The position numbers and the translations under genes are program-made. The notes under the pieces are model-generated. The model made no database searches. It worked only from the letters and a program-made list of their open reading frames with translations, and was not told where the DNA came from. 64,000 nt of DNA from contig NC_068981.1 of the NCBI RefSeq assembly GCF_001194135.2, positions 76,610,170-76,674,169 on the forward strand, in the 5' to 3' direction. Below are positions 37,261-51,465 of the stretch, piece by piece (within the stretch, counting starts at the first letter, position 1; each line of letters opens with the position of its first letter). Source of the stretch: Octopus bimaculoides (taxonomy: Eukaryota).

Positions 37261-38465
37261 TTTAGAAATAATATATAATATTCAATAAGATATCATTGCT
37301 GTATTTACTAAAAGATATACTTAAAATTCGCTGATTACTTACAATAGCTAAATTGTATTGCTGTTTACCAGAATTATGTTGATTATGTGATAAGTGTAAT
37401 AATTTGCATGTATCTATAATCTTGTAGTTGTATCAATCAGTCATATACTCGAAAATGCTATATTGATGTTTCAGCATCATTACTTGTACTTTTAAGTTAT
37501 ATTATTTATATTACTGTCCAGATAAATTGTATAATCTGATCTGTTCGGTGTAGTAGCTTAGGAGAAAGGGAGTGACTATAGAACAGACATATTTACCCTG
37601 ATGGAATATCAGAACATAAGAGGAAAATGATTGGCAAAATGACATGTAGAGAAGCAAATGGCTGAGAGCAAAAATGTAGGTATATTTAGATATATTTACA
37701 GGTATATATTGATATATACACAATAGTGCGATGTGAAAATAAAATATGCTAACGTGTGTAAGGAATGCGTCAGAGGGAAAACTACTGATTTAACCTAACG
37801 CTATGAAAGTGAGAGGAACCGCCAGTATTATGCATGCATGTATGTATGTATGTATGTATGTATGTATGTATGTATGTATGTACGTATATAGATGGGTATG
37901 TAGATAGTAAATATATCTAACAGATATTTACAAAAGCGGAAATATGTTTACGATAAAAAGGACCGAATTTTAGGTTTGGTTAATCTATATATATATACAA
38001 TTGATTTTCGTTTCCAATGTTTAATTATGATCTATTTATTTTGTGATATATATTTTTTGTTTTTCCTTCCATTACGGCATATCCATTTGAATCTATGTGT
38101 TACTCTTTATCGAGGGAATGCTAAACATAGGATATGAATATAAAACAATAGGAAACTGAACTCGATCCAGCAGTGCTCTCAAAGCCATTCACTTGATGAC
38201 GTGCATGTACACTGCTACTGCTAGATCACATTTATTTATATAACATTTACACAGCGGTATGATATTGAAAACTCAAAAACTAATTACCAATGCACAGAAA
38301 CAATTGTTGCGATTTGTGATTAAAACCTGTTCATTCTATTTTCATTCCATACATATATCAGTTTCACTCTAGTTCCGCCACTCTTTCAACTATATACCTC
38401 TCTTCATGTCTCTTTCTTTCTGTCTCACTTTCTCTCTTTCTTTCTCTCTCTCTCTCTCACTCTGT

Positions 38466-38532
<67 letters not shown>

Positions 38533-38702
38533 TATATATGTATGTATGTATATGTATGTATATACATATATATATAAACGCACATATATGTACGTAAAGA
38601 GCTGGTTATGTGTGTGGGTGGCTGGGTGTATCCTATGCAGAGGATGTTTCCACGTGTGTATAAATTTTAAGTTCAAAAGTATGCATATATACATACATGT
38701 AT

Positions 38703-38744
<42 letters not shown>

Positions 38745-39664
38745 ACAATTTTGTATATATTCTTATATATACACACGCATACGAACACATACATGCATTC
38801 ACTCACACATACTACTGAATGTACATTCATGAAATATATTCAGTTTGGGAAATTTAGTAATGTTTAATAACATTGTAAAATACATTGGCTAAAATACAAA
38901 AAAATATTACAATAATTAAAATTATTAATTACAAACTTTACGATCTTAACTTTTGGCCATTACTGTTTTTTAAATCAATTATAATCATTCACTAGAATCT
39001 CATACCATTAATGCGCAAGGACTGAATAGAAGCAGACGTTCGACAGACAGAACATTTGCACTAACGTGAAAAACCTCATACTTTGTTGATTCATGCTATC
39101 TATTCTATTTTATGTCTCCATTTAGCGGACATCATCTACTCTGTATTTTATACATTAAAAAGTCGATCAAATGTGTCCTATTGACGTGTCAGTAGAAGTA
39201 AAATGGCTGGTTGAATACAATAGAGAACGTGTATTTACTTATTCGTGCTTATTGTTCTTTTTTTATTTTGTCTGTTTTTCTATTAGTTTTGCTATTTAAC
39301 CCTTGGTTAGATCAGACAAAGTAAACCTATGACGAAACGAATTCCAGCAACGACCTTTTCATCTGACTCTCCGCTATTTCACATCTATGATTGTATTGTC
39401 AACTGTGTCTCTACTCTGAAGACGGTAGGTAATATTATTTGAGAGTTAACTGCTGCTATTTTTGAACAGGTGGAGCAAGGACATACTGGTTTTCAATCCT
39501 GCAACTAAAGATTTTTTTTTTTATCTCAGTGATGTTAAGCTCCGGTTGAGCTTATCTTCCATCAATGATGTCCAAGTCATGATAATCTCAGATGCTAATT
39601 CTAATACTTTGAGCCACCACGCTCATGCTCGTCCTTTCGCTCTAGCGTTTGTGTGAGGGATGGA

Positions 39665-39776
39665 GTATGTGTGTGTGTTTGTGTGTGTGTATTTGTGTGT
39701 GTGCGTTTGTGTGTGTTTGTGTGTGCCTGTGCGTTTGTGCTTGTTTGTGTGTGTGCTTGTGTGTGTGTTTGCGTGT

Positions 39777-39808
<32 letters not shown>

Positions 39809-39875
39809 TTGCGTGTGCCTATGTGTGTTTGTGTGTTTGTGTGTTTGTGTTTGTTTGTGTGTGTTTGTATGTGTG

Positions 39876-39926
<51 letters not shown>

Positions 39927-39935
39927 TGTGCATGT
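39665..39935. repeat. Long imperfect (GT)n microsatellite
   Basis: Directly visible. Confidence 0.95.
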
Positions 39936-40699
39936 GCATGTGCTTGCTTTGATGGCCCTAGATAGGTTGACATTTCCTCTTGCTATTTTCTTTCAATCAA
40001 AATATAACATTGCTTTATTCTCATTGTTTTTTAATCCTGCTAAAATGCGCGGTAGACGCCAACTAAAACATTTATTTGTAAAGTGTTACATATTCAGAGC
40101 TACATCATTCATTGCATTGTTGTTTTTATTTTTTACAACGGTAGGTTGTGGTTTGAGGGCGGTGCATCTTTATTTCATACTGTTAGATCAACCATGTGGA
40201 GCTTTCCTCATTAACAATAAATATAATTTTCCCACATATCTGACAAACGTATTCAAAAGACTATTAGTAAGGCGGTTTCAGTTTTATTTTAATAAATTGT
40301 GAACGTTGTAATAAATAAAATTTTCTCAGCAGTTTGATTTAATGACCTCATTTTAATGTTAGTTTGTACGATGTCTGCTTCTAGTATTGCCATTCTCAAT
40401 GGAATGACCACGGTATAAACTTTCGTATTTCCTTTCCGGAAAAACTTAGGATTCATGCCAACATGGGGAAGCTAAAGAAAAAAAGTAATAATAAATAAAA
40501 CAACGTTCAAATGTTCTCTCACTAAAAGAGTGGAAAACTACTAGGTATTTGTGAATGTTTAAACTTTTGAAAAGACAAAATATATTGTATTACCTTAAAT
40601 TCGTCAGAGATATAGAAGGAATAAGACAAGCAGAAGAAAAACGATGTTGTGAATTTTGTATATTTTCTAAGATCAAACTGATGAATGTTCAATTTGTTT

Positions 40700-42100
40700 T
40701 CTTGGTAAGTGGAAGCCAAGGTGGAAATTAGGGGTTTTCAGGATGGTGAAGCTCTGTGGAGGATTGATTTAGCAAACTGTTGCATTGAGAATTTGTGAAA
40801 TGAGACATAGAAGAGATGGCAACTGAAAGAAAATAATGAATGCATCAGGTAAGGTGATGGCGTAGAGGATGAGTATCTCAGACAAGTTCAGATGATCAGA
40901 GGTCATTTAGTAATGTCTGTAAAGATACTGAATGAGCATTACATTTATGAACTAGATGCGACAGTATATGGCACGTTAATATCTATTAGTCATCCCAAAT
41001 GCTTGTGTTTGGATGCTGAATCATGCAAGTAGTCTTACGAGAACAATGCTGAGATGTGTAGAGGAGTTTGGAAAATTATTTCCTGCGTGTCAGTAGATGC
41101 AGGACTGCCAGCGTTTAGTATTTTTATTTACTTGAGTTGTTCACGAAAGATTATCGGTAATTGTTCAGTCTTGCATAATCCTAAAATACATTTTTTAAAG
41201 TGTAATTAAAGACTCATGGTCTGAGTCAGTCGTACAATAATCCCGTGGTACAGTGTGTATGAGGATGAGAGAGAGGTGAAGCGGTGAAGCAAAGTTTCGA
41301 AGGAGTATATTGTGTATATTGAAGTTTACGTAAAAGTAAGTAAAACGTACGAATCTATCTTAGTTCATGAGTGGCAGGCGAATGGAGGGTGCAAAGTTAA
41401 ATTACTCAATATTAATTGGTGGATAAGAATCCTTGCAAATGGTCCAGTATGAATACATGATTTGTTTTTCGAAAGTTTATATTGTAAATCTTGCAAAGAT
41501 ACAGAAATGTTTCCTAGTTGGTAGGAACATGAAGTTCCCTCCAAATGTTTGAGTCATTACAGACCAGTTGTACAACTTCAACACAGCTACGACTGAACAT
41601 CATGGACGCCCGAAGGTTATGAGCTTCGATTAAGTGAATGGTGTGAAGTGTACGGCAGCAGGAAGATGGTACCGGTGATTCCTTCGGGTGTTTTTGCTGA
41701 CTCACGGGTGAAACTCATTTTCAGCTCTTATTGAGTGGACTTGAAATACGAAGAGATTCTAAATTTATTGTGGCAGTAATAAAATATTCAACTGATGCTT
41801 TTGATATGCAAAAGTTATAGAAAAGGTACGGTGAGGGACCATGTGGGGGAAGAGTCTGAAGAATGTGAAGTAACGAGCATGTACATTTACATAATGGTTC
41901 TTTCATCATATTTCGGCATGTGCAATGAAGGCTATACTTCCTCAATGAACTCAGAATGATATCGGAAAATGTATGAAGTTGTCACTTGAACTTGTTGGGA
42001 AACTGAAAATATTAGCCATTGAGTTGTAATCATTCTTTTTCTTCGGATATTTATTTCTTGTTTCTTTTCTTTAAATTTTCCATGCATTAATGTTGTTAAC
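40700..42100 (-). mobile_element. Possible very old Penelope-type RT remnant
   Basis: Only faint motifs: LHTIH..(G)RP..S.SC near 41560-41660 (from LPKIH..GRPIVS.C) and SHPHT near 41260. Confidence 0.3.
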
Positions 42101-42752
42101 ATCATCTTAACTGTGGATATACACGTAGTCAAATCAATCAAAGAAAACTGCGTGCATAGTAATTGTTTTCTTCAAGCAAGCACGTTAAGCTATTGCATAG
42201 TAAAGAAATCAATGCAAAAAGAATTAGACGGAAACTACAAAAGTTACCTTTATATTTAGGTGTGTATATGATGTTTTTATTGAATGAGCGATGAGTTGCA
42301 TTAAGATACCTCCATCCAACTAGAAATATAAACTTCAGTCTCCAAGAAATTCTATTCAAGTGTGTTTCTAATTGCCTTGGGCGTTACTTCCTTATCTTCC
42401 GCTAGCACTAAAGAAAAATTATCACAATATACATTCAGAGTCATTCAGAAGTCTTTAGGATTAATACAAATCGGTTAACGACTGAGGTCAATTGAAGCCT
42501 GTTGAGCTTCTTAACATACAAGTGGATTTCTCACTCCCTATCCTAGCCTCACATCTTCTTTGCTCTGCATTCATGACTTCCCCGATCGCAGTCTCATTTG
42601 CTACCACACATGAGGCATTCAAGGATCCCTACCATTCATACCTCCATTTATCTGGACCATCAGTTGTGGCTGTAATGGGTATATCCAGACAACTGAACAG
42701 AATTACTATTGTCATGTGCCATGTTTAGGAGTATCGATATTCTCTCTCTTTT

Positions 42753-42804
42753 GTTCTGAGTTCAAATGCGGTCAGGGTCGACTTTGCTTTTAATCCATCT
42801 AGGG
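42753..42804 (+). mobile_element. Internal fragment of SINE family A
   Basis: gttctgagttcaaatgcggtcagggtcgactttgcttttaatcc. Confidence 0.7.
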
Positions 42805-42810
42805 TTAGGG

Positions 42811-43282
42811 TTAGCCCTGTTTTTTTTCTTGTGCATATATAGACGTGTGTATGAAACTTTTATGTGTGCGCGCGCGCGTGTGCGAGCGTCTATGTGGGTA
42901 TGTATATATTTTTGGGCAAATGTGTGGGTGAGCATGCGTGTTTTTCAGACTGTAACCTCCTTGATCATTATACGTGGGGAGCAGTTGAATAAGAGATCAA
43001 CAAGCATCCTTGTAACACCAAAGATGAATTGAAAGCAAGAATTATGGCACCATTTACCAACTTAAACAAAGAGATCATCCACATGAGTTGCAGAAGATTC
43101 CGGTGGAGATACTGGAGGCCGAGGTTCAAACCAATAGCAATTTTGTTGAATAAATTTACTTTTTAATATTTCAAGATATTTTTATGTAATTTTGGTAAAT
43201 ATATCTGTGAAAATGAAATGCCAGTGTTATTTTCATTTTAGCGTAATTTAGTCAACAGTCACCGCACCCTGTAAATACATAT

Positions 43283-43353
<71 letters not shown>

Positions 43354-43842
43354 TGCGAAAAACAAGCTAAATTGAGATGACTTCTACTATATAACTTTAC
43401 ACAAACTCATTTTTTGCAGCAAAACAGTAAATACAAATAAAAAACGAAAGCGAGACAATTTCTTTGTTCTGTTGTTGAAATAACATGATCAGATTTTAAA
43501 TTTTATTCCTTGCTATTATTCTAATCAAACAATTCTAGTTATTTAAATTCACAACATTCGGATGCTGGCTCCGATCTTCGAGATTATGATATCACAGTCT
43601 GTGCAAAAACATATAATAATTCAGATAATGAACTTATAAAACACGCGCGCGCGTGTATGTATGCGTGTGTGCATACATGGCGCTGTTCAAGAAGCTTAAT
43701 GCTAAACTAACAACGTGCTTTTGATCTCAATCGCACAGCAAATAACTTAGATAAGCGTTTTTCAATTTAACTCCAGTTTCCTGCATGATAATTATGCGGG
43801 ATCTCATCGCATTCAAACAAACACACAAAATATGTATGTCTG

Positions 43843-43884
<42 letters not shown>

Positions 43885-44074
43885 TGTGTTTTACTCTTAT
43901 TGCTTATTTTTAACACTTTTTTACAAATTTTTCTGTATTTTGCCTTTAGCTCTGTTTTTTCTTGTGCATGTGCATATATAGACGTGTTTTGTGCGTGCGC
44001 GTAGGTGTGCGAGCGTGTATGTGGGTATGTATATATTTTTGGGCGAATGTGTGGGTGAGCATGCGTGTGTTTCA
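42811..44074 (+). repeat. Dispersed direct duplication of about 130 bp (42811-42947 and 43946-44074)
   Basis: Shared ttagc(c/t)ctgttttttcttgtgcat...gtgcgagcgt.tatgtgggtatgtatatatttttgggc.aatgtgtgggtgagcatgcgtgt.tttca. Confidence 0.85.
42946..43271 (+). mobile_element. Tc1/mariner right-end fragment (transposase C-terminus plus right TIR)
   Basis: DCNLLDHYTWGAVE*EINKHPCNTKDELKARIMAPFTNLNKE..CRRFR; ends caccgcaccctg|TA. Confidence 0.85.
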
Positions 44075-44620
44075 AGTGAGGGTGGATGAGTATATACATA
44101 TAGGCGCATGTACGTGGGTGTGCGGGCGCGCGTGTGTATGTATGGCCATGCGCTTACGCGATTACTATGAACATTTTTACTCCCTTACCTTGACTCCCTC
44201 CCCTTACTTAGCGGTCATTCTAATAGCTCTTTTGTCTTAATAACGGTCAATCACACAGTAATTTCCCTTTGTTTAACGGTTATTTTCATAGCATATTTTT
44301 CGATGGCCCGATAACAGAAGAGATGCCGGCGTGGGTTTCCGCCCCGACATTCGAAACTCAGAGTTTTATCATGTCAACCGTATAATTGTCACATATTATA
44401 TTTACAGATGAATTCCTCTATTTACATTATATCGAGGTCTCTTTCATTCTTGTTTGTCTTACCAATTCTATCAATATATATTTATATGCAATATGTATAT
44501 ATATATATGTATGCATGTATGCATATATATATATATATATATATATATANNNNNNNNNNNNNNNNNNNNNNNNNNNNNNNNNNNNNNNNNNNNNNNNNNN
44601 NNNNNNNNNNNNNNNNNNNN

Positions 44621-44759
<139 letters not shown>

Positions 44760-45276
44760 TGAACCTATGTATATATGTATGTATACATTTATAATTCAGT
44801 GTTTTTTATATACATAATATTAACGAGCATTGACTATTTAATGGACTCGATACACATATAGGATCTATTACTCATAATTTCATTGACAGCGACTTCAATG
44901 TTTCGCTTGATATATGACGTATCATAGTTTCAGTAATCCACTTGTCATGTGAAGCGTTTAAGTCAGTCAGTGAAATCATGATGTATGGATGTGTGTTTAT
45001 GTGCCTGTGTCGATATATGTTTTAATATTTCATAGTGTAAAACTCAGGGCTAAGTTAAGCACTTTTAAGTCACACTGTAACGTATCGATATGACCGACTA
45101 AAATTATTCTAATATTGGGGCCCCAATTGGGGATAGCAGAGGTCTAATGAATGAAACCAGTAAAGCGTATATAAAAACTTATTGACCATTAATTCATGAA
45201 ATAATCTGGAGCTTTATGTTGGTTACATTGACTCCATTGAATTTCAGAAAAGTGATTCAATGATATGTCAATTAAT

Positions 45277-46057
45277 TGGCAAATTAATAATGTGCCGACT
45301 AGATGAACAATTTAATAAAGTATTCAGTGGGTGGCCCATATGATAATTTATCGACTGAGTGGTTAAATTAATATTATATCAAATAGCTGAGCAATTTAAT
45401 AATGTGTTAAGCGGGTGGTGTATAATAATGTGTTTAGTAGTGATCACTCTAATTGTGTATCGGAACTGTTGTCTACTAATTAGATAATCGCAGTTGACCG
45501 AAGTTTTACAACTCTTTATATTATATGCATAAGACCCTTTTGCATTTGAATTTAGTAAGCAGAACGATCACCTGAGATATTTCTTCGTCATATTGCTTAT
45601 ATTTATAACAGGTGTTACTACTTTCCTTCTATTGTTATCGATATCCCGATCACACATATTTTTTCCAACTGAGAAGTGGTCTAATAAACCCGGCCAGATT
45701 CACATTAATAAGCAATTGCTATGTTATTCTTCAAAACTATCTATCAGTATTATTTTTTCTTTATTTCAAGCAACTAAAACACGTGATATTGCCTTTTAAT
45801 TGCTTGAATAATCTTAGTCAATCGAACTTTTTAAATCGCAGTGCGTTACATATATGAGAACCTACTGTATTTTTATTCGGTATACAGAAATTTACCACGA
45901 GGTATTTTTTCTGTAATATTATTAATAAAAAACCTATAGAGTGGATAAATAATTTAAGAATATCCCATCTAGTTCGCCAAGTTAATATTATGCCACTTGT
46001 TGAGCAGTCTAATAATGTGTCAACTGGATGAGCAGTTTAATAAAGGGCTAACCTGTT
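45277..46057. repeat. Decayed 28-bp minisatellite in two patches (45277-45442, about 6 units; 45975-46057, about 3 units)
   Basis: Units such as gagcaatttaataatgtgttaagcgggt, gagcagtctaataatgtgtcaactggat and gaacaatttaataaagtattcagtgggt recur at 28-29 bp spacing. Confidence 0.6.
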
Positions 46058-46126
46058 GACTAATCAGATGATTGGCATTAGACGTTAATCTAAATTTTGT
46101 GCAAACGACACGGCAATATTAATATA

Positions 46127-47841
46127 CTAGAAGTATAGCCCGGCGTTGCCCGGGATTAAGCTAGGATCATTAAGTGATTAAGTGCTTTATTTCAAACCAA
46201 AATAAGTAACATCGACATCAGATTTGAGCGAAATCCGTTGAAATTGGTTTGGCTGAAAATGGTTTGCTGGCAATTTGATTGGGAAATTCCATAAGGAATT
46301 AGTTTATCGGTTATTTCCACTCATTGACTGTTTTTTTAAAAGTTGCATTAGAGGTCTACATAGGAGAAGGTTGATCTGAAGGTTTGCATTGGGAATCTGG
46401 ATTGGAGTAACTTGGGAAAACTTACCAACAGCCTTAATCCAAAAATAAGGAGCCTGTCCCTTCTAGGTTAACTCAATGAACAACTTAGCCAGTTACTGAT
46501 ATTAGCCGAGTGAGCATTGTTGTTAGAGAAGTCAGTATTGTCCAATAAAAAAGAGGAAGAGTTCATAAGTCATGTTGCCATGGTTTGAGAATATGTCCGG
46601 CCAATGCTTCCGGATCACTGTTTATAACTACGTCGGCTGCAATGACAACTTGTCTATAAAACTTCTCTATAGACAACATTGCGTGTTCTGCCCTGAGAAG
46701 CATACACAAAAAGAGCGTTTCTACTACCCACACAGGAGCAGGCCACATAAAGTTGCCCGTGTGAAAAGCATGTCTCCCCCAAATGGATGCCTGCCACTGC
46801 TGTGTTGAAATCCTCGGAATTTCACTCCCCCCACACATTGATCTTTTTACCATCTATTTTTCAATGTACAGGAAAAATACGGAGAATAAGAATATGGATA
46901 AATTGTTTTTTTTAATTTTAAATTTACCATGAAAAACTCCAGCTAAATTTTTAGATAACACTAGCACAATTTTCACTAAGAAAAAAAAAATCGAATTTTT
47001 TGCGTGGAATCAAATATCCTGGCCTGCTAATATGCTACAAAACCCTTTTTGTGGTCCGAAAAGCCGGTTGGGGTGTGGTGGAAGCCTCGGAAATTTTACC
47101 CATTTATATTGTGTAATTCACTGACAAATTGTTACGTACCTCTTTGTTTCATTGTTGTTAAATAAATAGATTGCCGATAAACTTTTTTCTTCGGCGTGAA
47201 ATATAAACAAAACTCTTTCGCTCCCAAAATATGTGTGTGTGAGAGAGTGAGAGGGGGGAGAAAGATGAACGATTTAAAATAAATATATTTTAATTGTTGT
47301 GTGAGAAAGTATATATAATCTCATTATGAAATATAGTATCTTTCAAAAACATCCTATATTTGAAACTATATCTCATGTTTAAGAAAAAAATGCATTTTAC
47401 GCTAACACTCTGTCTTCCTTACTCACACCTACCTTTTCTTTCGTTAGACGCTTTCTGTCTCCCTCTCACACTTTTTCTTTACTTTTTTTTTTGTTAGACG
47501 CTGGCAAAAAATCTCTAACTCTCCTTCACTCTCCCTTTGACACACACATACATCAACACACAATTTATCTCTCTCCCTCACACGCATACACTTTTCACTT
47601 CGCCATGTTAGCAAACTTCAAAATTGGTAAAAGTTATGGTTCAAAATCAATTTTTACAGCTATACGCGGGTGCCTCTGAGAGAAAAAAAATTGACAAGTT
47701 GACTAAAATGCAGATAGGGTCATGACGAATGTCCTAAAATTGGAGCGACATGCGTGCTAATTTGTGGACGTGCATAAATTACATTCACGTACACACACGC
47801 TCACACGCACGCACACACATCCTGCCTTTTATATATATAGA
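46127..47841 (-). mobile_element. Non-autonomous Helitron, 1715 bp
   Basis: Minus strand A|TCTATATATATAAAA...CCCGGGCAACGCCGGG-ctatactt-CTAG|T gives a 5' TC, a 3' GC hairpin 8 nt from CTAG and an A/T target with no TSD. It retains the Rep/helicase C-terminus. Confidence 0.92.
46654..46800 (-). pseudogene. C-terminal 48 codons of the Helitron PIF1-like helicase
   Basis: AVAGIHLGETCFSHGQLYVACSCVGSRNALFVYASQGRTRNVVYREVL* matches the Helitron FSHGQLYVAxSRV...TxNVVYxEVL end. It lies in a frame not shown in the ORF track. Confidence 0.9.
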
Positions 47842-50800
47842 TTAACTCGGTGACAAAAATTTCGCCTTGGTGCAATGACAAATAACACTACATGTCTTCA
47901 ATAACATTTCGTCTCCAACTGTGAAATCTGTATAAAGGGATACAACGAATTTCAAAATAGTATAGTTTTGTCTTATCAGAAGCTATGTGATTTTTCTTTG
48001 AATTAGCAACATCTCTTTGTTAGCGTTTTCTTACATAGACACAAACCTACTTACTTTGAGAGGAAAGCAATCTGTTAAATCGTATCCACTTCTTGAATTA
48101 TCTAAAATGCAGCAGTTAAACCTGACGTAGGCGGGATAAGAACGTAAAGCTCAAAAGAATGTAACTAAATACTGTAAGGTATTTTGGGCAATTATATATT
48201 GAGTTTGCCATCTACTTTATTCAATGATAACGATTTCTAGCGTATACTCAAGGGTTCATATTTTAGAAAAGCTACCGTCCAGCTTTTATTTTATCGACCT
48301 GGGGAAGGTGAATGACTGTTAGCCGTGCTATGATATGATATTACAACACAAAGAAGCATTATTAAATACCACCATTATGTTTCTCTTCTGGTGTTCTACG
48401 GAGTCTGACAATATTCCGACCTATCATCTTGCTCATTCTAATATTAAGAAAGAAACTTATAGGTGATAAGCTTACGATCAATAAGTTGCATTGTAATTGA
48501 ATGTAATATTGCTATAACGAAAAAAGATACTCATGGTCATTCAAACTGTTATAATGAGCCACCAAATCTCATTCAAGTAATATTATTGTTTAAGTAAGAA
48601 AAAAATGGTCTGACAGGAAAATGTGACACTGGGCGCAGTCTATCAGAAAGAAAGACGAAAGAACTACAGACTACTATATTTTGTGATTTTATTTCATGCA
48701 TTTCGTGTCTTATGGTGTCGTTGATTATTGGTTACTAACAAGCCAATCACTGAAATACAGACTGCAAGAATGAAAGATCGGTGTCTGTAGAACTCATCGT
48801 TTGATCATAGATTTGCTCAGTCAGCGTGAAATTGATCTAAACAAGTAGAAGAACGTCTGAAATTCAAATACATATCAAATTTTAAAATACAATTAACATT
48901 ACAAATATAAGGAAGAGGTGTATATCTGTAGACACTCAATCAAATTTCACAGTTCAGTGGTCGTTATACTTAAATTACCAGTGAAGAGAAGTATCTTCGA
49001 ATGTCGTCTTGTGTTCTGTCATTCGAAGTCAAGTTTTAAGGAAATATACATTGAGTCCAAGTAAATTCCTTAACATTTTAATGAATGTTATACATCTTGA
49101 GATATAATTTTGAGATGTCTTCTTGCAAAACTGTTTGAAATGGATGAGTTCATATGAACGAGGAAGATATTTTGAACGAAATGTATACACTCGATGCACT
49201 TCCTACCACAGTGCCGCATACAAAAGGAAATCCTATACTGTAAGTAAGCATGTAGTATATGTTTATATTGATTACTTTTAAAAGCTGTATTGTTGCTAAA
49301 CATTGTATCTTGATTGCAGTAAAATTTTGCTTGGCAGTGATTTAGTGTCAAAATAAATAAGTTTAATTTTTTAAAAAACATGTAATAGCGTCATAGAAAA
49401 ATGCAAGAAAGCTAGTTTCCAGCTTATCATTCTTATATTGTAGCTTTGTCTTCCATAATAATGTTCTCAGAAAGATTTTGTTTTCTCAGCACTACAGAAT
49501 GAAATAAGGAACACCTAATATATTTTAAAGTTAATTTCGGATTTGTTTCAGAAGAGAAAATTAAATAGAATAAATCAATATTTTTTATACTAACGCTTCT
49601 CTACTATGACTGATTCCAATTCCAGGATTGTAAGACTGGTTTTAAAGAAATGAATTGAAACATTGCTCGCACTTTCATTTATATGAAAGATTTTCAAGTA
49701 AATAGTCACACAGAAACTTGAATGAAAATATTTTGATTTTGATAAAATTCTCCGGATTTTATGAAAGAAAAATCCTTTTCATACAGCGTTGGTCGAGGTT
49801 TAATGTCAAGAAACGAAAATCATAGAAATTTCAAGTGTCTTATTTCTACTTTCATAAAAATAGAATTCTTCATAATATTCTTTCGTTCTCCAAAAGATTC
49901 GACTTATGTCTCTCGATTTCTCTTACAGTTGCCGCCTTCTCCTATTAACAGCTATTACCTCTTCCTTCTTTGTGCTGTCTTACTGTCCGTCAGTTTGACA
50001 ATAGCAGATAAGTATAACAATTGAGGTCACACTGAGGTTACTTCCCTTCAAATGCGTAACACGCGTTGTGACAAGCAGAATAATATTATAAGCCATTTGA
50101 ACGTGTTATACAATACTGATGTATGATGGATATCAAAAGGAAACCTGCAGAGGGAAGCTTTTGTGATTAGAAAGAAGATTTCGGTGTTTGTTTTGATAAC
50201 GGGAAAAGCATAAATTCTCGGTCGATTATTTGCAGTTAGGCTTTGAATAGCTTCTTGATTTTGCTATATTTTATGAATAATTGATTCAAAACTTCACGAA
50301 AAAAATTGTTACCGAGCATTGTGATATATTTACTGTTCTCGTTGCAAAAAGAAAATTATGAAATGAAATAGCAACTTCAATTCAATCACAAGCTTAACTG
50401 AAATTCTATTTAAAAAATGAAGATAATCCTTGTGGTATTAAACGAGTGAGAAAATATATAATTGAACATTTAAGTTCTGTTAAACTAGAAATCAGCAGAT
50501 ATCTCTAAAACATCAATAAAATATCCAATTCTGGAATTTTACAGAAATCCCTAATCAATAAGTACAATAAACATTCCCGGAGCTTTAGCAAGAGCAAGAA
50601 ATCAATCTCAGTTTTGATAGTTTTTCAGAGTAATTTCTCAACGATGAGCTTTGATGATTTAGATATCAAATATAAAAATTTAAACAGCATTGATAGCAAC
50701 TGGTTTCTAAATTTATGATTATGTTTGCTTCAACATGTGTGTGTGTGAATCTTGTTTTCCGTTTTCAGTAATACAATAAGAAATTTATTATGCATTGAAG

Positions 50801-51314
50801 TCGATTAAAACCAGAAAACAAGGTGTGTTCTAACTATATTGCACCTAAATCTCAACAAATTTAATGAAAAATATCAGTATCAGACATCTCATTAATAATA
50901 TTTAATTAAGTAAATTCAAAATTTAAATCCTGTAGCTTTATAAAATATATACTGATTTTTTTAATTATAACAAAATTAAGATTAGACTAGCAGATTTATT
51001 TTTAAATAAATTCGCATTGAAATGAATACTAATTAGATTTTTTAGACATAATATTATAAATCTGATAATTATACTAGAATATTCTAACTATATCTAACAA
51101 ACATAACATTAAATACTGTTTAGTAACTATTTCATATGTTGTAATAGTCATCAAGATATCGAATGCATTCTGTTACTTTAAGAGGTATATTGAACCAGAA
51201 AAGAATGGGAATCTGAGGAGGAATCTAATAATTTTTGCTTGTAGAACGATATAAACACGTGTATGCTTACATACATAGATGTGTGTGTATGTCTGCTGAA
51301 GGGTTTTATCTATG

Positions 51315-51333
51315 TGTGGTTGTGTGTTTGTGT

Positions 51334-51369
<36 letters not shown>

Positions 51370-51387
51370 GTGTGTGTGTGTGCATGT

Positions 51388-51435
<48 letters not shown>

Positions 51436-51465
51436 TTGTGTGATTCTGTGTGTGTATGTGTGTGT
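51315..51465. repeat. (GT)n microsatellite
   Basis: Directly visible. Confidence 0.95.

Noticed and set aside
42800-42814. Interstitial telomere repeat (TTAGGG x2)
   Set aside because: Only about 2.5 units, explainable as a 6-nt slippage of SINE sequence plus the start of the duplicated segment.
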